Positions 62,229 to 64,000 of a stretch of DNA of 64,000 nucleotides are shown here, piece after piece (within the stretch, counting starts at the first letter, position 1; every line of letters starts with the position of its first letter). The position numbers and the translations under genes were made by a program. The notes under the pieces are model-generated. The model was given only the letters and a program-made list of their open reading frames with translations, ran no database searches and had not been told where the DNA came from. Origin of the DNA: the human T2T-CHM13v2.0 reference genome, Homo sapiens; assembly GCF_009914755.1 (NCBI RefSeq), contig NC_060946.1; one strand, written 5' to 3'.

Positions 62229-62365
62229 GAATGTTGCTTGCTGCCAAAGGAATCACTTAGGTGGCCTCTAAGCAGCCCCGGATCTGACAAGCTGGGTCTG
62301 CTCTAGCACTGCTGCTAGACCCCTGAGGCCACAGCCAGACACGCAGAGGCTCTAAAGCAGTGCTC
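62229..62365 (-). ncRNA. SNORA50B: Box H/ACA snoRNA, SNORA50/SNORA76 family (likely SNORA50B), intronic and sense to LARGE1
   Basis: 137 nt. Hairpin 1 closed by AGCACUGCU/AGCAGUGCU; H box AGAGCA (62304-62299); hairpin 2 GCUUG...CAAGC with upper stem GGGGCUGCUUAG/CUAAGUGAUUCC; ACA exactly 3 nt from the 3' end (62234-62232). Upper stems lie 14 nt from both H and ACA boxes. Resembles SNORA50A as recalled. Confidence 0.85.
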
Positions 62366-64000
62366 TGCCTGTTGCCAGAGCAGAGGACCCACACTAAGGA
62401 GGACCCAGGCACAAGAAACCTGAGCTCAAATCCTCACTGAGACATTTCACGGCTGTAAAACCTTGGCCAAGTCACTGTCCTTCCATCAAAACAGTAGGGT
62501 GTGGCCATCACCAACACTTGCCACCATGGTGCACCCCATAAATTAGAAAGCTACACGTCTCATGCGTCTGACAGGTCCCACAGCCACAAAGGGCTCTGTG
62601 GTGGAAACACACACAATACAGCACAACACAACACACACCTGGCAACACTGGGCACTGCTGAAGCCTCAATTTTGAGCTGTTTTCAACAGCGTTGTCATGA
62701 ACAGATTCTTGCAGAGTCTGTTCCACCCCCTTCCATCTTTTCTTTTAGAGTCTATATTTGGAGACAGTATTTCCCTGAAAATAAAAGCATTGAGTTGAAG
62801 GGTCTATCATGGAGTTAAAGGATACGCACAATTTATGGTTCTTGTGATGACCTGGCTCTCTCCAGGAAGAGCGATGTTGATCCCACCAGTAAGTCAGATA
62901 AGACAGCACTGCTCACGTCTCTACTTCATTCCAGCATGGAACTAAGCACTTCAGTTATTCTTTTCCAATACCACACAATGCTCAGCCCCATTTCACTGAT
63001 GAGGAAAGTGAAGTTATGGAAAGCAAAGCGACTTGTCCAAGGCAATGCAGTTATTTTGAGACAGAGCTGGGAGAAGAATTTAAGTCCCTAGAATCTTCCA
63101 ACTCCATTGTATCTGCTGAATTATTCAGGTCTTTGAGTTATCCCACACTATTTCCACAGCTTTCATTTATTACAGATAACCACAGGCCAGATTCTAGACT
63201 GGCTACTTTATTATATACACTACCGTGTTCATCCAAGTCAATAAGGCAATAAACATGATAATGTTTTCGATGATGATAATAGCACCTACCTACTACTGAA
63301 TGTTTAATACGTGCAGGCATTGTGTAAGGCACTTGCATTACCTTAACTCTAAAAATCTATGAGTTACCATTAACATGCCCAGTTTATAGATGAAAGAATT
63401 GGAGCTCGGAAAAGAAACATCACCCAAGAGTCCCACAGATGATAAATGGAAAACACATCCATCAATAAATGGATTTGAACACAGGGCTGGCTCCTAACAG
63501 TTAACTGCCCCGGTGGGCGACAAGAAAGAAGGTTTCTAAAGATGACAGTGAGAAAAATCAGCATTCCATGTTGGTTTGTCTTCCCTGCAATGTGCTGGCT
63601 GTGTGTCGTTTGATCAGTGCTGAGTTTATTTCAACCCCATCAGACTGGCTGCATACAAATGCATGTCTTTCTCTTCTGGGAGCTGCTTCCCATTATAGCA
63701 AACATGGATCACACGGCTCAGCCCACACCCCCACACAAGCCTCCAGGGTACCGCCTCCAATGGCCAAGAGGGACCTCGTCAGGGCCTGAGAACAGAGGGA
63801 AAGCTCCCTCTCATGGCACCATCTGCACTGCAGAGGAGGAAACAGGAAGGGGGAGCTCCTAGAAAGCAGCAAGAGTATCCTGGTATAAGGGGTGAGCTTC
63901 AAGGCTAGGAAAGAAGCCACAGGTTCAAGTCCCAACTCGGCCCATAACTCAATGTGTTACCTGGGGTAAGTCAGTCTTGGTCACAGGACAACTAATAAAA

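Overview
Primate (almost certainly human) genomic DNA lying entirely inside a very large minus-strand gene that I recognise as LARGE1 (xylosyl-/glucuronyltransferase, 22q12.3; identified from memory of the protein, no database search). There is one coding exon (7896-8197, 302 nt, residues ~36-136, coiled-coil stem) and one sense-oriented intronic H/ACA snoRNA of the SNORA50/SNORA76 family (62229-62365, probably SNORA50B). The rest is intron dense in transposon relics: a decayed L1PA ORF2/3' end, about 20 Alus, MaLR/ERVL solo LTRs, hAT-Charlie elements, a piggyBac MER85, and MIR/L2 fragments. Almost all ORFs in the supplied track are spurious. The most interesting observation concerns the exon. 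It has no stop codon in any of the three sense frames, starts with ATG, gains a strong Kozak context on back-splicing, and is bracketed by oppositely oriented Alu pairs. That is the layout of a single-exon circRNA with an endless rolling-circle ORF (a hypothesis, not demonstrated). There are also several templated-insertion and duplication scars, and the snoRNA guide pockets have drifted. Repeat subfamily calls are by eye and need RepeatMasker/Dfam confirmation.
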